From: Octopus bimaculoides
Taxonomy: Eukaryota
Direction of reading: 5' to 3'
DNA: 39,499 bases
Assembly (NCBI RefSeq): GCF_001194135.2
Contig: NC_068990.1
Span: forward strand, 26,510,382 to 26,549,880
This document shows, piece after piece, positions 1 to 11,865 of the stretch; position 1 is the first letter of the stretch; the number at the start of each line of letters is the position of its first letter. Below the pieces are notes generated by a model that did not search any database, was not told where the DNA came from, and saw nothing but the letters and a program-made list of their open reading frames with translations. The translations under genes and the position numbers were made by a program.

Positions 1-53
<53 letters not shown>

Positions 54-235
54 TTGTCTGTGTGTTTGTGTGTGTGTGTGTGTGTATGTGTGTGCGTGTG
101 TATATATCTATTTATATGTATGTGTATACAGACATGTCTATATATTTGTGCATGAGTGTATAGATGTATGTGCACATATACTTTTTATGTATGTATATGC
201 ATATATATATGTATTTGTGTGTGTGTGTGTGTATG

Positions 236-286
<51 letters not shown>

Positions 287-530
287 GTATATATATATGT
301 ATATAGTATACATGCAAGCATGAGTATGTATACTTGAACAGGTATATATGTATAAATATATATACATTTATATATATATATACATATACACACACATACG
401 CCTATATGCACACACACACAGATATATGCATGCATATATCTGTGCGTGTGCATGTGTGTGTGTAGGTATGTATAGATAAACATACAGATGTATGTGCACA
501 TGCACAAACACACACACAGAGGCAAACACT
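1..530. repeat. Compound (TA)n/(TG)n/(TATG)n microsatellite
   Basis: Direct reading of the sequence; it generates the spurious YIYI/VCVC ORFs. Confidence 0.95.
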
Positions 531-942
531 GATATTTATGTTATATGTGACAAAATGTTAAAAATATAATAATTGGCATTAATACACAAGCTGTGCCAAT
601 GACCTCCAGGTTTAATGCAATTATCTAAGACTTAAGTGATCTAACAATCAGACAAGAGAGGGAGAAAAACAAGACATGTCATGGCATACATTTGGAATGT
701 ATTCTTCAAAGTCGATGAAAAGAATAACCGAGTCACAGACAGGTTATATTTACCATAATCACAAATATTGAGCTGTCACTGTCTGATGAAGAGGAATTTG
801 TCATTAGCATTAAGTATACAAGAAAGGTGTGCTGAGGAAAAGAAAATTATTTGAAGCAGTTAGATGAGAGGAAGGCTTGAAAGCCTCCGCTTTGAAAATG
901 AGTTGATTGATTTTTGTTTTAACGAGGGACAAATTCATCTAC

Positions 943-1129
943 ATTTCATTTGTTTCAGTCATTAGACTGTGGCCATGCTGGGGCACCAGCTTGAAGAGTT
1001 TTTGTCGACAAAATCAACCCCAGGACGTTTTTTTTTTTAATGCCTGGTACTTATTGTTTCTGTCACTTTTGCTGAACTGCTAGGTTATAGAGATGTAAAC
1101 AAACCAACACCAGTTGTCAAGAGCTGATG

Positions 1130-1131
<2 letters not shown>
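943..1131 (-). mobile_element. SINE family B, 3' half
   Basis: tttcagtcattagactgtggccatgctggggcacc...aaaccaacaccagttgtcaag matches the 3' halves at 7408, 20574, 30811 and 38986. It ends at a (TA)n tract. Confidence 0.85.
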
Positions 1132-1177
<46 letters not shown>

Positions 1178-1200
1178 CATTTATATATATGCATGTATAC

Positions 1201-1812
1201 CATCATCATTATTTATTGTCTGTTTTCTATGCTGGCATGTGTTGGACGGTTTGACCAGGGCTAAGCTGAGGGGTTGCACCAGACTGGTCTGATTTGGCAT
1301 GGTTTCTATGGCTGGATGCCCTTCCTAATGCCAACCACTTTGAGAGTGTAGTGGGTGCTTTTATGTGCCACTAGCACGGGTGCCAATTTCTGTGACACTG
1401 GTATCTGTCACAACTGCAATTTTGCTTGGTTAGATGGATCTTCTTCTCAAGCACGACATAATGCTAAAGGACTTGGTCATTGCCTCTGTGAAGCCCAACA
1501 CTCGAAAGAAACTCAGCCAATTTGCCTTTGTGAAGCCCAACATTCAAAAGATGTTCTTTACATGCCACCAGCACAGGTGCACTTGGGTTGATGTATCCTC
1601 TCAAGCACAGCCCATTGCCAAAGGTCTCGGTCACCAGTCATTGCCTTTGTGAGGCTCAAAGTTTGAAGATCGTGCTTCATCACCTCGTTTCATGTCTTCC
1701 TGGGTCTACATCTACTGCAGGTTCCCTCCACAGTTAGAGATCAGCACTTCTTTACACAGCTGTCCTCATCCATAAGCATCAGATGACCATATCAGTGCAG
1801 CCGGTATATGAC
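1201..1812 (-). mobile_element. RTE-clade LINE, 5'-truncated (end of ORF, 3'UTR and (GAT)n tail)
   Basis: Minus strand 1812-1590 reads LH*YGHLMLMDEDSCVKKC*SLTVEGTCSRCRPRKT*NEVMKHDLQTL...DRDLWQWAV, a decayed RTE RT C-terminus (WYGH...GRPRKTW...DRxxW). The 3'UTR carries ggttggcattaggaagggcatcc and ends in GAT repeats. Confidence 0.85.
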
Positions 1813-1974
1813 CATACCATGCATCTTATATATATATATATATGTAAGGAATATTTTCTTTTACAATAAAGCAAGCAAACAGGGTGTGCATTGTGCTTCA
1901 TGCATGTCTCAAGGGTTGAACTTTCCTGTTTACTCTGCTTTCATCTAACTTTTCTCCTTGTATTCTTTCTGTTA

Positions 1975-2355
1975 GTGGAGGCGCAATGGCCCAGTGGTTA
2001 GGGCAGCGGACTCGCGGTCATAGGATCGCGGTTTCGATTCCCAGACCGGGCGTTGTGTGTGTTTATTGAGCGAAAACACCTAAAGCTCCAAGTGGCTCCG
2101 GCAGGGGATGGTGGCGAACCCTGCTGTACTCTTTCACCACAACTTTCTGTCACTCTTTCTTCCTGTTTCTGTTGTGCATGTAATTCAAAGGGTCAGCCTT
2201 GTCACACTGTGTCATGCTGAATATCCCCGAGAACTACGTTAAGGGTACACGTGTCCTTGGAGTGCTCAGCCACTTGCACATTAATTTCACGAGCAGGCTG
2301 TTCCATTGATCGGATCAACTGGAACCCTCGACGTCGTAAGTGACGGAGTGCCAAC
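1975..2355 (+). mobile_element. Full-length, young-looking tRNA-derived SINE with 13-bp TSD
   Basis: A-box-like TGGCCCAGTGG and B-box-like GGTTTCGATTCC in the head. Perfect flanking direct repeat attctttctgtta at 1962-1974 and 2356-2368. CpGs are retained. Confidence 0.9.
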
Positions 2356-2990
2356 ATTCTTTCTGTTAAACCCTTAGTCTCTGATTTTTTCTAATTCTTC
2401 ACTCCAGCTGCCTCCTACCCATTTCTCCTCTTTCCACGTGACCGGTGTCCAGCCAACCATGATCTTTTTTTCTTGGCCTGACTGCAGACCCCCAACACCT
2501 CTTATGTCCATCTCCTATGTTCCTGCCTTTAGGCTTTCTCTTCATACACGCCAGCTTAATTGGATTCGTTCTCAGTCGAAAGACGCCTGTTGTTATTTCT
2601 TTTTGTTTGTATTCGTAATTGTGTACCATGCTCTCTGTTTTTTGTCTTTGCTGCTTTACACATTCGTTAGCTTTCTTACAAAGGGTCTAATGCTCTTAGC
2701 TTAGACTTTTTGGGAGGCAACCAGATCGAACTGTTTCATATGTAACTGCCTGAAACAGTTGTGACTTCTGGGACTTGACTGAGGAAAGAAGACCACAAAT
2801 GACCCGTCTTTTTTTTGCCTGTCCTTCTAATTGTTGTTTCTCTTATCCGCCTTAGTATCGTCTATCTGTCTGAATGTTTTATTGTCCTTTTTTGCGTTTT
2901 TGTTCCATATGTATATATATCAAGTGTTGAACCACTGAACTCTACAAGTATTTATCTCTCTCTCTCTCTCTCTGGTTATTTTCTCTTATT

Positions 2991-3118
2991 TCTTTCTGTT
3001 GAAGAGTGAAAACTCGAAATGTAAAAAACTTCATTTTTCCCAAGCGTCAAACTAATACACTTGCTTATAGTTCCTACTCCTGTCTTCGTCTTTTGTTTTC
3101 CTGTAAATTTCAACTATA
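2991..3118 (+). mobile_element. Penelope-like terminal-repeat fragment (family P1) with hammerhead-like motif
   Basis: TCTTT-CTGTTGA-A-GAGT/GAAA/ACTC-GAAAT-GTA-AAAAA. Downstream sequence is homologous to the copies at 11672 and 16282, and it ends at (TA)n. Confidence 0.7.
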
Positions 3119-3179
3119 TATATATAAGAGTGTATAAAATATTTTTATACACAGAGAGATCTTTGACAGCACTCCTTAC

Positions 3180-3227
3180 ATGCTAGTTTCCATTTTCTTT
3201 CTCACATGGGACAATTTCCCAAAACAA
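3180..3227 (-). CDS. Candidate 48-nt symmetric exon (unidentified)
   Basis: Minus strand tatttttgcctttacctcaccAG | 48 nt | GTaagg. Open only in phase 2 (CFGKLSHVRKKMETS). Splice-site pattern only. Confidence 0.3.
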
Positions 3228-3254
3228 CTGGTGAGGTAAAGGCAAAAATACATA

Positions 3255-3701
3255 AGTGATAGTGACAATGGTGATGGTGATGTTGATGACGACGACGATA
3301 GGATTGATGATGATGATGATGACAATGATGATGGTGATAATGATGGTGAGGTTCAATGATGATGATGATGATGATGATGATGACATTGAAGATGATGATA
3401 GTGATGATGATGATAATGATGGTGATGATAGCTGTGATGATGTTGATTGTAGTGCTGGTGATAACAGTGATGACGATGACAATTATAATGATAATGATGC
3501 TGATAATCATCACGATGANNNNNNNNNNTTCAATGATGATGATGATGATGATGATGATGACATTGAAGATGATGATAGTGATGATGATGATAATGATGGT
3601 GATGATAGCTGTGATGATGTTGATTGTAGTGCTGGTGATAACAGTGATGACGATGACAATTATAATGATAATGATGCTGATAATCATCACGATGATGATG
3701 G

Positions 3702-3746
<45 letters not shown>

Positions 3747-6615
3747 GGACAACAGCAATGATGAGGATGGCGCTATTGGTTAGTGGTGGTAGTGGTGGTG
3801 GTGGTGGTGATAGTAACAAGGGTGAGCAGGATGATGTTGATGATGATGATGGTGGTCATGATGAACGTGATATAACTGGTAGACATGTTAGTAATGATGA
3901 CTGGCAGGAGGGCGATAGTAGCCCCCCTCCTCCTCCTCTTACCCCTCGCTATAATCGTCCTCATTACCATTCTCATCCTCCTTCTCCTCTACATGATCAT
4001 GATCATCGTCATCATCAGGATCATCATCATAGTCAACATCAATATCATCATCGAAGTTGTCATTGTCATTATCATATTCACCATTACCATCATCATCATC
4101 GCCATCATCATCATCATCAGCATCATCATCACCAACATCAACAGCATCATCATCATCGCCATCATTGTCATCATCATTATCATCATCGTCATCATCAACA
4201 TCATCATCACCATCAACATCATCAATATCATCCTCATCATCATCATCATCATCATCTTCACCAGCATCCTCACGAACATGATAATCATCATCATGAGCAT
4301 CATCATTATCATCCTCATCATCATCATCATCATCATCTGGTTTCCTTCTTCTGCAGTAGTTGCTGATGATGATGCTGATGCTGATATGATGGTGAGTAGA
4401 GAGGTAAAGAGCAAGGGAAACAGCAAGGGACACAGAAAGAGGAGTAAGAGGAGGAAAGGAGAAGAGTAGCAGGGGGGAAAGTGAGAGGAGAAGGAGTTTT
4501 GGCAGCAAGGGATGCAGTAAGGGTTGAGGTTGAACCAAAGGGGATGGTGTTGTGATGCGGATGCTGATGGCAGGGACGAATCAATATTGGTCATAAAACG
4601 ATGATCAAATTACATGAGAGGAATCTGTCTAATGATGATGACAATGCGGATAGTGATGATGATGGTGATGATGATGATGGTGGTAATGATAGTGATGACG
4701 ATGATGACGATGTTGGTGATGATGATGACGATGATGGTGATGATGATGATGGTGATGATGATGATGATGATAATGATGATGATGGTGATGATGATGACGA
4801 TGATGGTGATGATCATGATGATGCTGATGACGGTGATGGTGATGATGATGGTGATGATGGTGATGATGATGGTGATGATGATGATGATGGTAATGATAGT
4901 GATGACGATGATGGTGATGATGGTGATGCTGATGACGGTGATAGTGATGATGATGGTGATGATGGTGATGATGATGGTGATGATGATGATGGTAATGATA
5001 GTGATGACGATGATGGTGATGATGATGGTGATGCCGATGACGGTGATGGTGATGATGATGATGGTGATGATGATGGTGATGATGATAGTGATGATGATGG
5101 TGATGGTGATGATGATGATGGTGATGGTGATGACGATGATGGTGATGGTGATGATGATGGTGATTGTGGTAGTGGTGGTGGTGGTGTTTATGATGATGAT
5201 GATGGTGGGGTAGTGGTTATGACATGATGATGATGGTGATGATGATGATGATAATGGTGATGATAGGGTGATGATGATGATGGTGATGATGATGAGGATG
5301 AGGATGGTGGTGGTAGTGGTGGAGGTGGTAGTGGTTATGATGATGATGATAGTGATGTTGGTGGTGATGACGATGATGATGATGATGAAGATCATGGTGG
5401 TGATGATGGTGATGTTGGTGCTGGGTGGGGTAGGAGTGAGGGTGGTGGTGATTATGTTAATGGCGATGACGGCTTTGATGATGATAATGATGATGATGAT
5501 GATGATAGCGGTGGTGGTGTTTGCAGAGTTAATGATGCTAATGATGACAGGGATAATTGCAGGGATGATGTTGATGATGATTATGATGGTGATGGATTAG
5601 GTAACGATAATGCAATAATGTTGTTAATAATGAAGTGGATAAGGAAGAGGATGATCATGATTGTTATCCTGATGATGATGATGATGATGACAATGATGAT
5701 TATGAGGATGGGAAAGATGGAGTTGATGGTGGTCGTGATGGCTATGGGGAATTTGTGATGATGATGATGGTGGTGGGGAGGAGGTGGGATAGAGGATGGG
5801 GAGAGGGGTGGTGGTGAAGAGGAGGAATATGATGAAGAGGGGATGAAGGAAAATGAAGTGGAGGAGGAAGAGAAGGGGGAGTGAGAAAAAGAGTAAGTGG
5901 GAGAGGATGAGGTGTAGAAGGAGTAAGAAGATTAAGAGGAGAAGGAGGAGGTGTAGTGACAAAAGGAATGAAAGGAGGAATAAGAAAAGCAGTAAGAGGA
6001 GGAGGAGGAGGAGGAAGAGTAGAAAGAGTAAGGAGATTAAGAGGAGGAGAAGGAGGAGAAGGTGTAGTAACGATAAGAATTAAGAGAGGAGGAGGAGGAG
6101 TAAGAAAGACAGCAAGAAGTGGAGGAAGAGGAGTTGAAGGAGTAAGAAGAAGATTAAGGGGGAGGGGAGAGAAAGAGGAGGAGAAGGAGGAGTCAGAAAA
6201 AGAGTAAGAGGAGTAGGAGGAGACGGGATTCCTATGCTTATTGATATAAATCGAAGAAAATGATGATGCTGCAGTTGATAATGAAGATGATGATGATGAT
6301 GATTACGGTGATGATTATGATGGCGATGGTGTTGGTGATGACAATGATGATGATGATGATAATGATGATGGTAGTGGTGATGATGATGATGATGATAATG
6401 ATGATGATGATGATGATGATGATGACAAGGAAGATGGTGATGATGATGGTAGTGGTGATGATGATGATGATGATAATGATGTTGGTGGTGATGATGGCAA
6501 TGACGATGATTATGATGATGATGATGATGATGATGGTGAAGGTGTTGGTGATGGTGATGACGATGAAGATGATGACAATGATGATTATGATGACGATAAT
6601 GATGATGACAGCAAC
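3255..6615. repeat. Large degenerate trinucleotide block: (GAT)n 3255-3900, (CAT)n 3960-4337, (GAT/GGT)n 4630-5780, (GGA/AAG)n 5790-6220, (GAT)n 6260-6615
   Basis: Direct reading; source of the poly-D/M/H/I/S ORFs. Contains a 10-N gap with duplicated flanks. Confidence 0.95.
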
Positions 6616-6920
6616 AACGATGCTGCAAGTTTATAATAATTATGCAAGGTGCGTAATTCTAATTATATTTGTAAAGTTTGGTGCCAGTTTGCAGGAATGG
6701 TTAGATTTCTTTATTTCTTAAAGATACAAGCATCAATGCATGCCTGCATTTTGATGTTCATAGATGTGCAGTTATCTGCATATATGCACAGTGTTTCCAT
6801 TATGAGTTTTCCTTTTCCTTTCTTTTTTTTTTTGCTGTTCTTTTTCTTCTTTATTTCTCACCGATTCGTTGCCGCTGCTGATGACTCCTTTCATTTGCGA
6901 TATCGGTTTTAATATTCCAG

Positions 6921-6955
6921 CTGGGGATCACGTAATGATAATTGATGGAGCGCAA
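6921..6955 (+). CDS. Candidate 35-nt micro-exon, (A)GDHVMIIDGAQ, phase 1 to phase 0
   Basis: Pyrimidine tract at 6805-6860, then ttttaatattccAG | ctgggg...gcgcaa | GTgaga. It sits in a unique, CpG-rich island between microsatellites. Protein not recognised. Confidence 0.45.
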
Positions 6956-7039
6956 GTGAGACCCAAGGCTCGGGTTATGGACGAGGAAGAAAACGCGAGG
7001 CAAGTCATCGTAATTATGACATTAACACCAAAACAATCG

Positions 7040-7200
7040 CCGTCATCACCGCTATCGCCACCATCATGATGATCATCATCATCACCATCATCACTATCAC
7101 CGTCATTATTATCATCATGATCATCATCATTGTCATCATCATCATCATCATCATCATCACCATCATCGCCATCATCATCATCATCATTGTCACCACCACC
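7040..7200. repeat. (CAT)n degenerate microsatellite
   Basis: Direct reading. Confidence 0.95.
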
Positions 7201-7407
7201 TTCATCTTCACTTTACACTGCTCATCATCATAATAACCATCCACCATCGCCTGATTGTTTATAAGCATAACAAGAATAGTTTTGCAGTGACAGAACAATG
7301 TTGAGTGTCTTGTTGCTGATGAGACTATGAAAATGGTTGAAACACAGTTGTCTCAGCGTTTCTTCTCTTACTGTCCAAAGGGAGAGTGTCTGTGCAGTTT
7401 GTCTTTA

Positions 7408-7559
7408 TATCTTTGTATTTGTTTCAGTCATCTCACTGTGGCCATGCTGGAGCACCACCTTGAAAAATCGATCCCAGTACTTATTAAGCCTGGCTCTTAT
7501 TTTATTGGTCTCTTTTGTCAAACAGGAATGTAAACACACACACACACACACACACACAC

Positions 7560-7641
<82 letters not shown>

Positions 7642-8047
7642 GTATGTATGTATGTATGTATGTATGTATGTATCTATATATCTATATATGTAGGTAAATT
7701 GAAAATTAGAGGTAATACTTGACAATTGTAATCACCTGTGTATTCCAGCTAGTGGTTGCGGTGAAAGAATAAATTGTTATTTTTTTGTTATTTTTTTGTT
7801 TTGGATTTACAATTTTATCTATATATGTATGTATCTATGTATGTATGTATCTATTTATCTATCTATCTGTGTATATGTATATATATATAGGATGGGCTTC
7901 TTTCAGTTTCCATATACCAAGCCTACGTACAAGGCTATGGTCAGCCTGAGGCTATACTAGAAGACACTTGCCCAAGGTGCCATGCAGTGGGACTGAACCG
8001 AGAACCATGTGGCTGGGAAGCAAACTTCTTACCACACAGCCACACCG
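7408..8047 (-). mobile_element. SINE family B: head at 7889-8047 and tail at 7408-7535, with expanded internal (CA)/(TCTA)/(TATG) repeats
   Basis: The head (reverse complement) reads ggctgtgtggtaagaagtttgcttcccagccacatggttctcggttcagtcccactgcatggcacc, with tRNA-like A/B boxes. The tail matches other B copies. About 130 bp of unique sequence in between means these could be two separate partial copies. Confidence 0.8.
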
Positions 8048-8393
8048 ACGACTATCCTATGTATTTAGTAAATTCATTTTATTTACTGTCTCAGTGGCAA
8101 TTAAATTATTTGAGTATACTCCTTAGTAAACATTAGTATGAAAAGTAAACACTGTTGAAGCAACAAAGAGAGCATTCTTTAGTGAACAGTCACCTTTTCT
8201 ACACCTACAAAAACCTTGTCATCTGTTTTCTTCTTATGTATAGCCTTATCTGCTTGACAATATTTCATTCTGCAAAATCCTTCTTCGCTAGGCTGTCACC
8301 CACTGAAATTTCCAACTTTGTTTTGTTTTGTTTCGGTGGGGTTGTTCACTTACGAGTTAGCATACTGAACATCAATAATATTTATTTCTCAGT

Positions 8394-8606
8394 ATGGCAG
8401 TGAGCTGGCAGAACTGTCAGCACGCCGGGCGAAATGTTTAGTGGTATTTTGTCTGTCTGTACATTCTGAGTTCAAATTCCGCTGAGGCCAACTTTGTCTT
8501 TCATCCTTTCAAGGTCGATAAATTAAGTACCAGTTGCATACTGGAGTCAATCTAATCGACTGGCCTCCTCCCCAAAATCTCGAGCCTTGTGCCTAGAGTA
8601 GAAAAG
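8394..8606 (+). mobile_element. SINE family A, copy 1
   Basis: gagctggcagaa head, gagttcaaattcc B-box and central ctttcatcctttc..ggtcgataaattaagtaccag domain (resembles the Meta/MESC-type SINE domain, from memory). Confidence 0.9.
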
Positions 8607-8623
8607 AATATTTATTTCTCAAT

Positions 8624-8837
8624 ATGGTGGTAAGCTGGCAGAAACGTCAGCATGCCGGGCAAAATGCTTAGTGGTATTTCATTCGTCTTTACATTCTGAG
8701 TTCAAATTCTGCCAAGGCTGACTTTGTCTTTCATCCTTTTGGAGTCAATAAATTTAATACCAGTTGCATACTGGGGTCATTCTAATTGACTGGTCCTGTC
8801 CCCCAAAATTTCAGGCCTTGTGCCTAAAGTAGAAAAG
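8624..8837 (+). mobile_element. SINE family A, copy 2 (head-to-tail with copy 1)
   Basis: Same architecture and same tail ...ccttgtgccta(g/a)agtagaaaagaat. Confidence 0.9.
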
Positions 8838-10002
8838 AATATTTGTTTCTCAGTCTTGAATGAAAGACTGAGAAATACTACGGGCTATGAAAGTTACTAA
8901 TTACATGACCGGAGTGTTATATGCATAACGAATCTCCTATCGGGGTCATTGTCCCTGCTTCTAGTGATTCAACCCTATCATACCATGCTTCTGGGATAGG
9001 GGGAATAAAGTGGTAATGAATGGTACATGGAGAAAACTAGACAACTGATCACATTGCAACTTTGTAGTGAAGTGTTTTTATGACCAATGTCCACCTTGGC
9101 TTTTATTTACCTTTGTTTTTAATTGGGGGAAAAAAACACCACAACTTTGCAATGAAATGACCTTATTATAATGAACCCAGCACTTCATCTTGTAAATAAA
9201 CAAGGTCTAGACTGTTTGCAGTTAAGGAAATAATTGATATTTATTCTTCAGATGAAGAGTTTACAATTCTGCAGACAATGAGGTTGATGCAGACAATCAA
9301 ACCAGTGAAAAAGATGAAGAAAGTAACGATTTGGGGGAACAAATGCGGTAGTTGAGAGACAAGCCTATTATTGTTACTCTCTTGGATGCTTTTGTGATTC
9401 TGTCCATTAGTTTGACCAACAAATGTGGTAGTTGAGAGGTAGGCCTATTATTGTTGTTCTCCTGAATTTCTGAATCTTGTCCATTAGTTTTCCTGCAATC
9501 ATAAGTCTTCAGCTGTATAAGAAACTATTAATTTTTTTGTGGAGGATTAGACACAGAGGCCCAAGTCTGAAAAGTTTAAAATAAAACAGAGGAGAAATGC
9601 CTTCACAAAGTCCACTTTTTACTTGTGCTTGGACCCTCATCATAAATAGAACAGTATCCCCAAATCAAAACTGAGAGAATTGCAGAAGCTTTCAAGCAAT
9701 TTGAGATGACAAGTAGTGTTACTAAATACATGTTTGCATCTCGTCAGCAACAGAATGTGGCGATTAGCAGCTAAATCTTAACAAGGTTATTAATTGTGTT
9801 CTGATGAGGAAACTGAGGTTTGTATAACTGGGCAGGAATGGTTAACATAGAGTCACATTTTATTTTTCGTATGTGTCCCACTTTGGGCTTTTCAGGTTGC
9901 ATAATGTATATGTCAGTACATTGATTGGATGGACAGTTATTGAATGATGTCTTCTTCGTTAACTCTGATGAGGGAAAGAATGAAGAAGAGAGAGAAGGAA
10001 GC

Positions 10003-10038
<36 letters not shown>

Positions 10039-10160
10039 TATGCATACAGATGCAACCATATACACACACAAACAGACACTCACACAGACATGCACACACA
10101 AACACACACACACATCCAAACATGTGTGTGTGTATGAGTGTACATAGATATATATATATC

Positions 10161-10202
<42 letters not shown>

Positions 10203-10723
10203 TCATACATGCAGCTACATATCTCTCTTTCTCTTTCTAAATATATATATATTTATATGAATGATATACATAGGCAGCTATTGTAATATATATATGTGTG
10301 TGCGTCTACATCCATGTCCCTGTTTATACGTGACCACACACACAATATATCTTTCTACAAAGATATCTTCGGCAGGCGAAGGTGTTTGTAAATGTATCCT
10401 AGCTGTGAACTTCCAGCGATGAATGATCAATTACAGACCTTACTCTCACCTTATCTGACCTTTCATCTGACCTTCGACACCAGCCGACCTTTCAACACAC
10501 TCAACACTAACAACAACAACAACAACAGCAGCAGCAGCAGCAATTCCTCTGCTGCAGTTTTAATGTAAATATTCTCTCTTCCGTCTTGTCACTTTATCTT
10601 CGGTTCTATGTCTCCACATCAGAAGACGAAGGATTGTATGAAAGGGCTGGTGGAAAAATGCAGTCAAGTGATTGGCGCTGTGGGTTGATTCCAATCCTTG
10701 GCATTGGCATATTGTTGTGAATC

Positions 10724-10940
10724 ATGCAGGCTCATGGGTCAGTGGTAAGGGGTGTTGAACTCATGATTGCAAGATTGTGGTTTCAATTCCTGGATCGAGT
10801 GATGTATCGTGTCCTTGAGCAAGACACTTCATTTCACGTTGCTCCAGTCCATTCGATCAGCAAAAATGAGTTATCCTGCGATGGACCAGTGTGCTGTCCA
10901 GGGAAACAATACACCCTAGAGAAACCAGGAATATGCTAGG
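10724..10940 (+). mobile_element. Degenerate tRNA-derived SINE with V/CORE-like central domain
   Basis: tgggtcagtggtaag A-box-like and ggtttcaattcc B-box-like motifs, then gtgtccttgagcaagacacttcatttcacgttgctccagtcca and cctgcgatggac. Confidence 0.7.
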
Positions 10941-11055
10941 CCAATGGTTTAAATTGATATTAATTTAATTAATATCAAATTTTTACCCTTATTATTTAAA
11001 TTTATATATATATATATATATATAAATTTTAAACGATGATGATGATGATGATAAT

Positions 11056-11096
<41 letters not shown>

Positions 11097-11282
11097 GCAG
11101 TGTATATTTAAATACAACAGAGGAATCCACTCATGGGATCGCTTATGCTAGAAAGAACTGCTAGGTTCTAGAACCACAAAATTAGGGATAATATCCCGAA
11201 AGGAACGAAATGAAAAATAAAGACTGTTTTATACACACANNNNNNNNNNNNNNNNNNNNNNNNNNNNNNNNNNNNNNNNNNN

Positions 11283-11325
<43 letters not shown>

Positions 11326-11621
11326 TATACAATTATAATGAAGGGCAAATGAAAAAAGATTTCTATGCCAATATGCTGAGAATATACATCACTATGAATA
11401 CATGTCATGCTGAAATCGAGGAAGGCAAGCTAACAGAATTTTTTTTTAATGCGTTATCTCTATATTGAATCAATTTTGGGATTAATCCAGCAGATTTTTC
11501 CCTCTTCAGTAGAGAATACGGTACAAAATAAATGAAATACTTACAAGCACTCATGGAAAAGCAGAAGCAAGAGTCATGAGTACACATAAGTACCTCAGAT
11601 ATATCTAAATATAAAATCCTG

Positions 11622-11671
<50 letters not shown>

Positions 11672-11673
<2 letters not shown>

Positions 11674-11826
11674 GGGAGAATATACAAAAAATAACAACAG
11701 ACGAGGACAGGTGGTGTAAATAACAAAAGTATATATTAGTATGACGCTCGGGAATACGGAAAGTCTTTGATGTTTCGAGCTACGCTCTTCAACAGAAAGA
11801 ATACGGAGACAGAAAGAATACGGAGA
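11672..11826 (-). mobile_element. Penelope-like terminal repeat, family P1
   Basis: Hammerhead-like motif at 11764-11800. Homologous to 16282-16452. The 3' end abuts (TA)n. Has a 17-bp internal tandem duplication (cagaaagaatacggaga). Confidence 0.8.
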
Positions 11827-11865
11827 TATGTATATATATATATACATGCATACACACACACACAC

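Noticed and set aside
783-800. CTGATGA-A-GAGG hammerhead-like core
   Set aside because: No closing stem II or GAAA follows, and the upstream reading gives no convincing PLE peptide. At best a truncated remnant.
2729-2760. Perfect 10-bp inverted repeat (aactgtttca/tgaaacagtt) with 12-nt loop
   Set aside because: Isolated short hairpin with no catalytic core or second copy in the window; could arise by chance.
3348-3700. ~170-bp perfect tandem duplication in the GAT block
   Set aside because: The copies sit on either side of a 10-N gap, typical of overlapping contig ends left unmerged.
4357-4391. 35-nt AG...GTGAGT exon-like segment with the same length and phase as 6921-6955
   Set aside because: The content is GAT/GCT microsatellite (VADDDADADMM) inside a low-complexity block; likely coincidental without RNA evidence.
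4601-5227. 208-aa Asp/Gly-rich ORF resembling acidic biomineral proteins
   Set aside because: An automatic consequence of (GAT/GGT)n having open frames. No signal peptide or unique domain, and parallel poly-Met and poly-Ile ORFs overlap it.
9250-9960. Acidic peptide fragments (SADNEVDADNQTSEKDEES...)
   Set aside because: Short, frameshifted and stop-interrupted, with no recognisable domain or element ends.
10570-10690. Pyrimidine tract and AG followed by EDEGLYE-like reading
   Set aside because: No strong donor, and all frames stop soon. The Ig-like motif lacks its cysteine.
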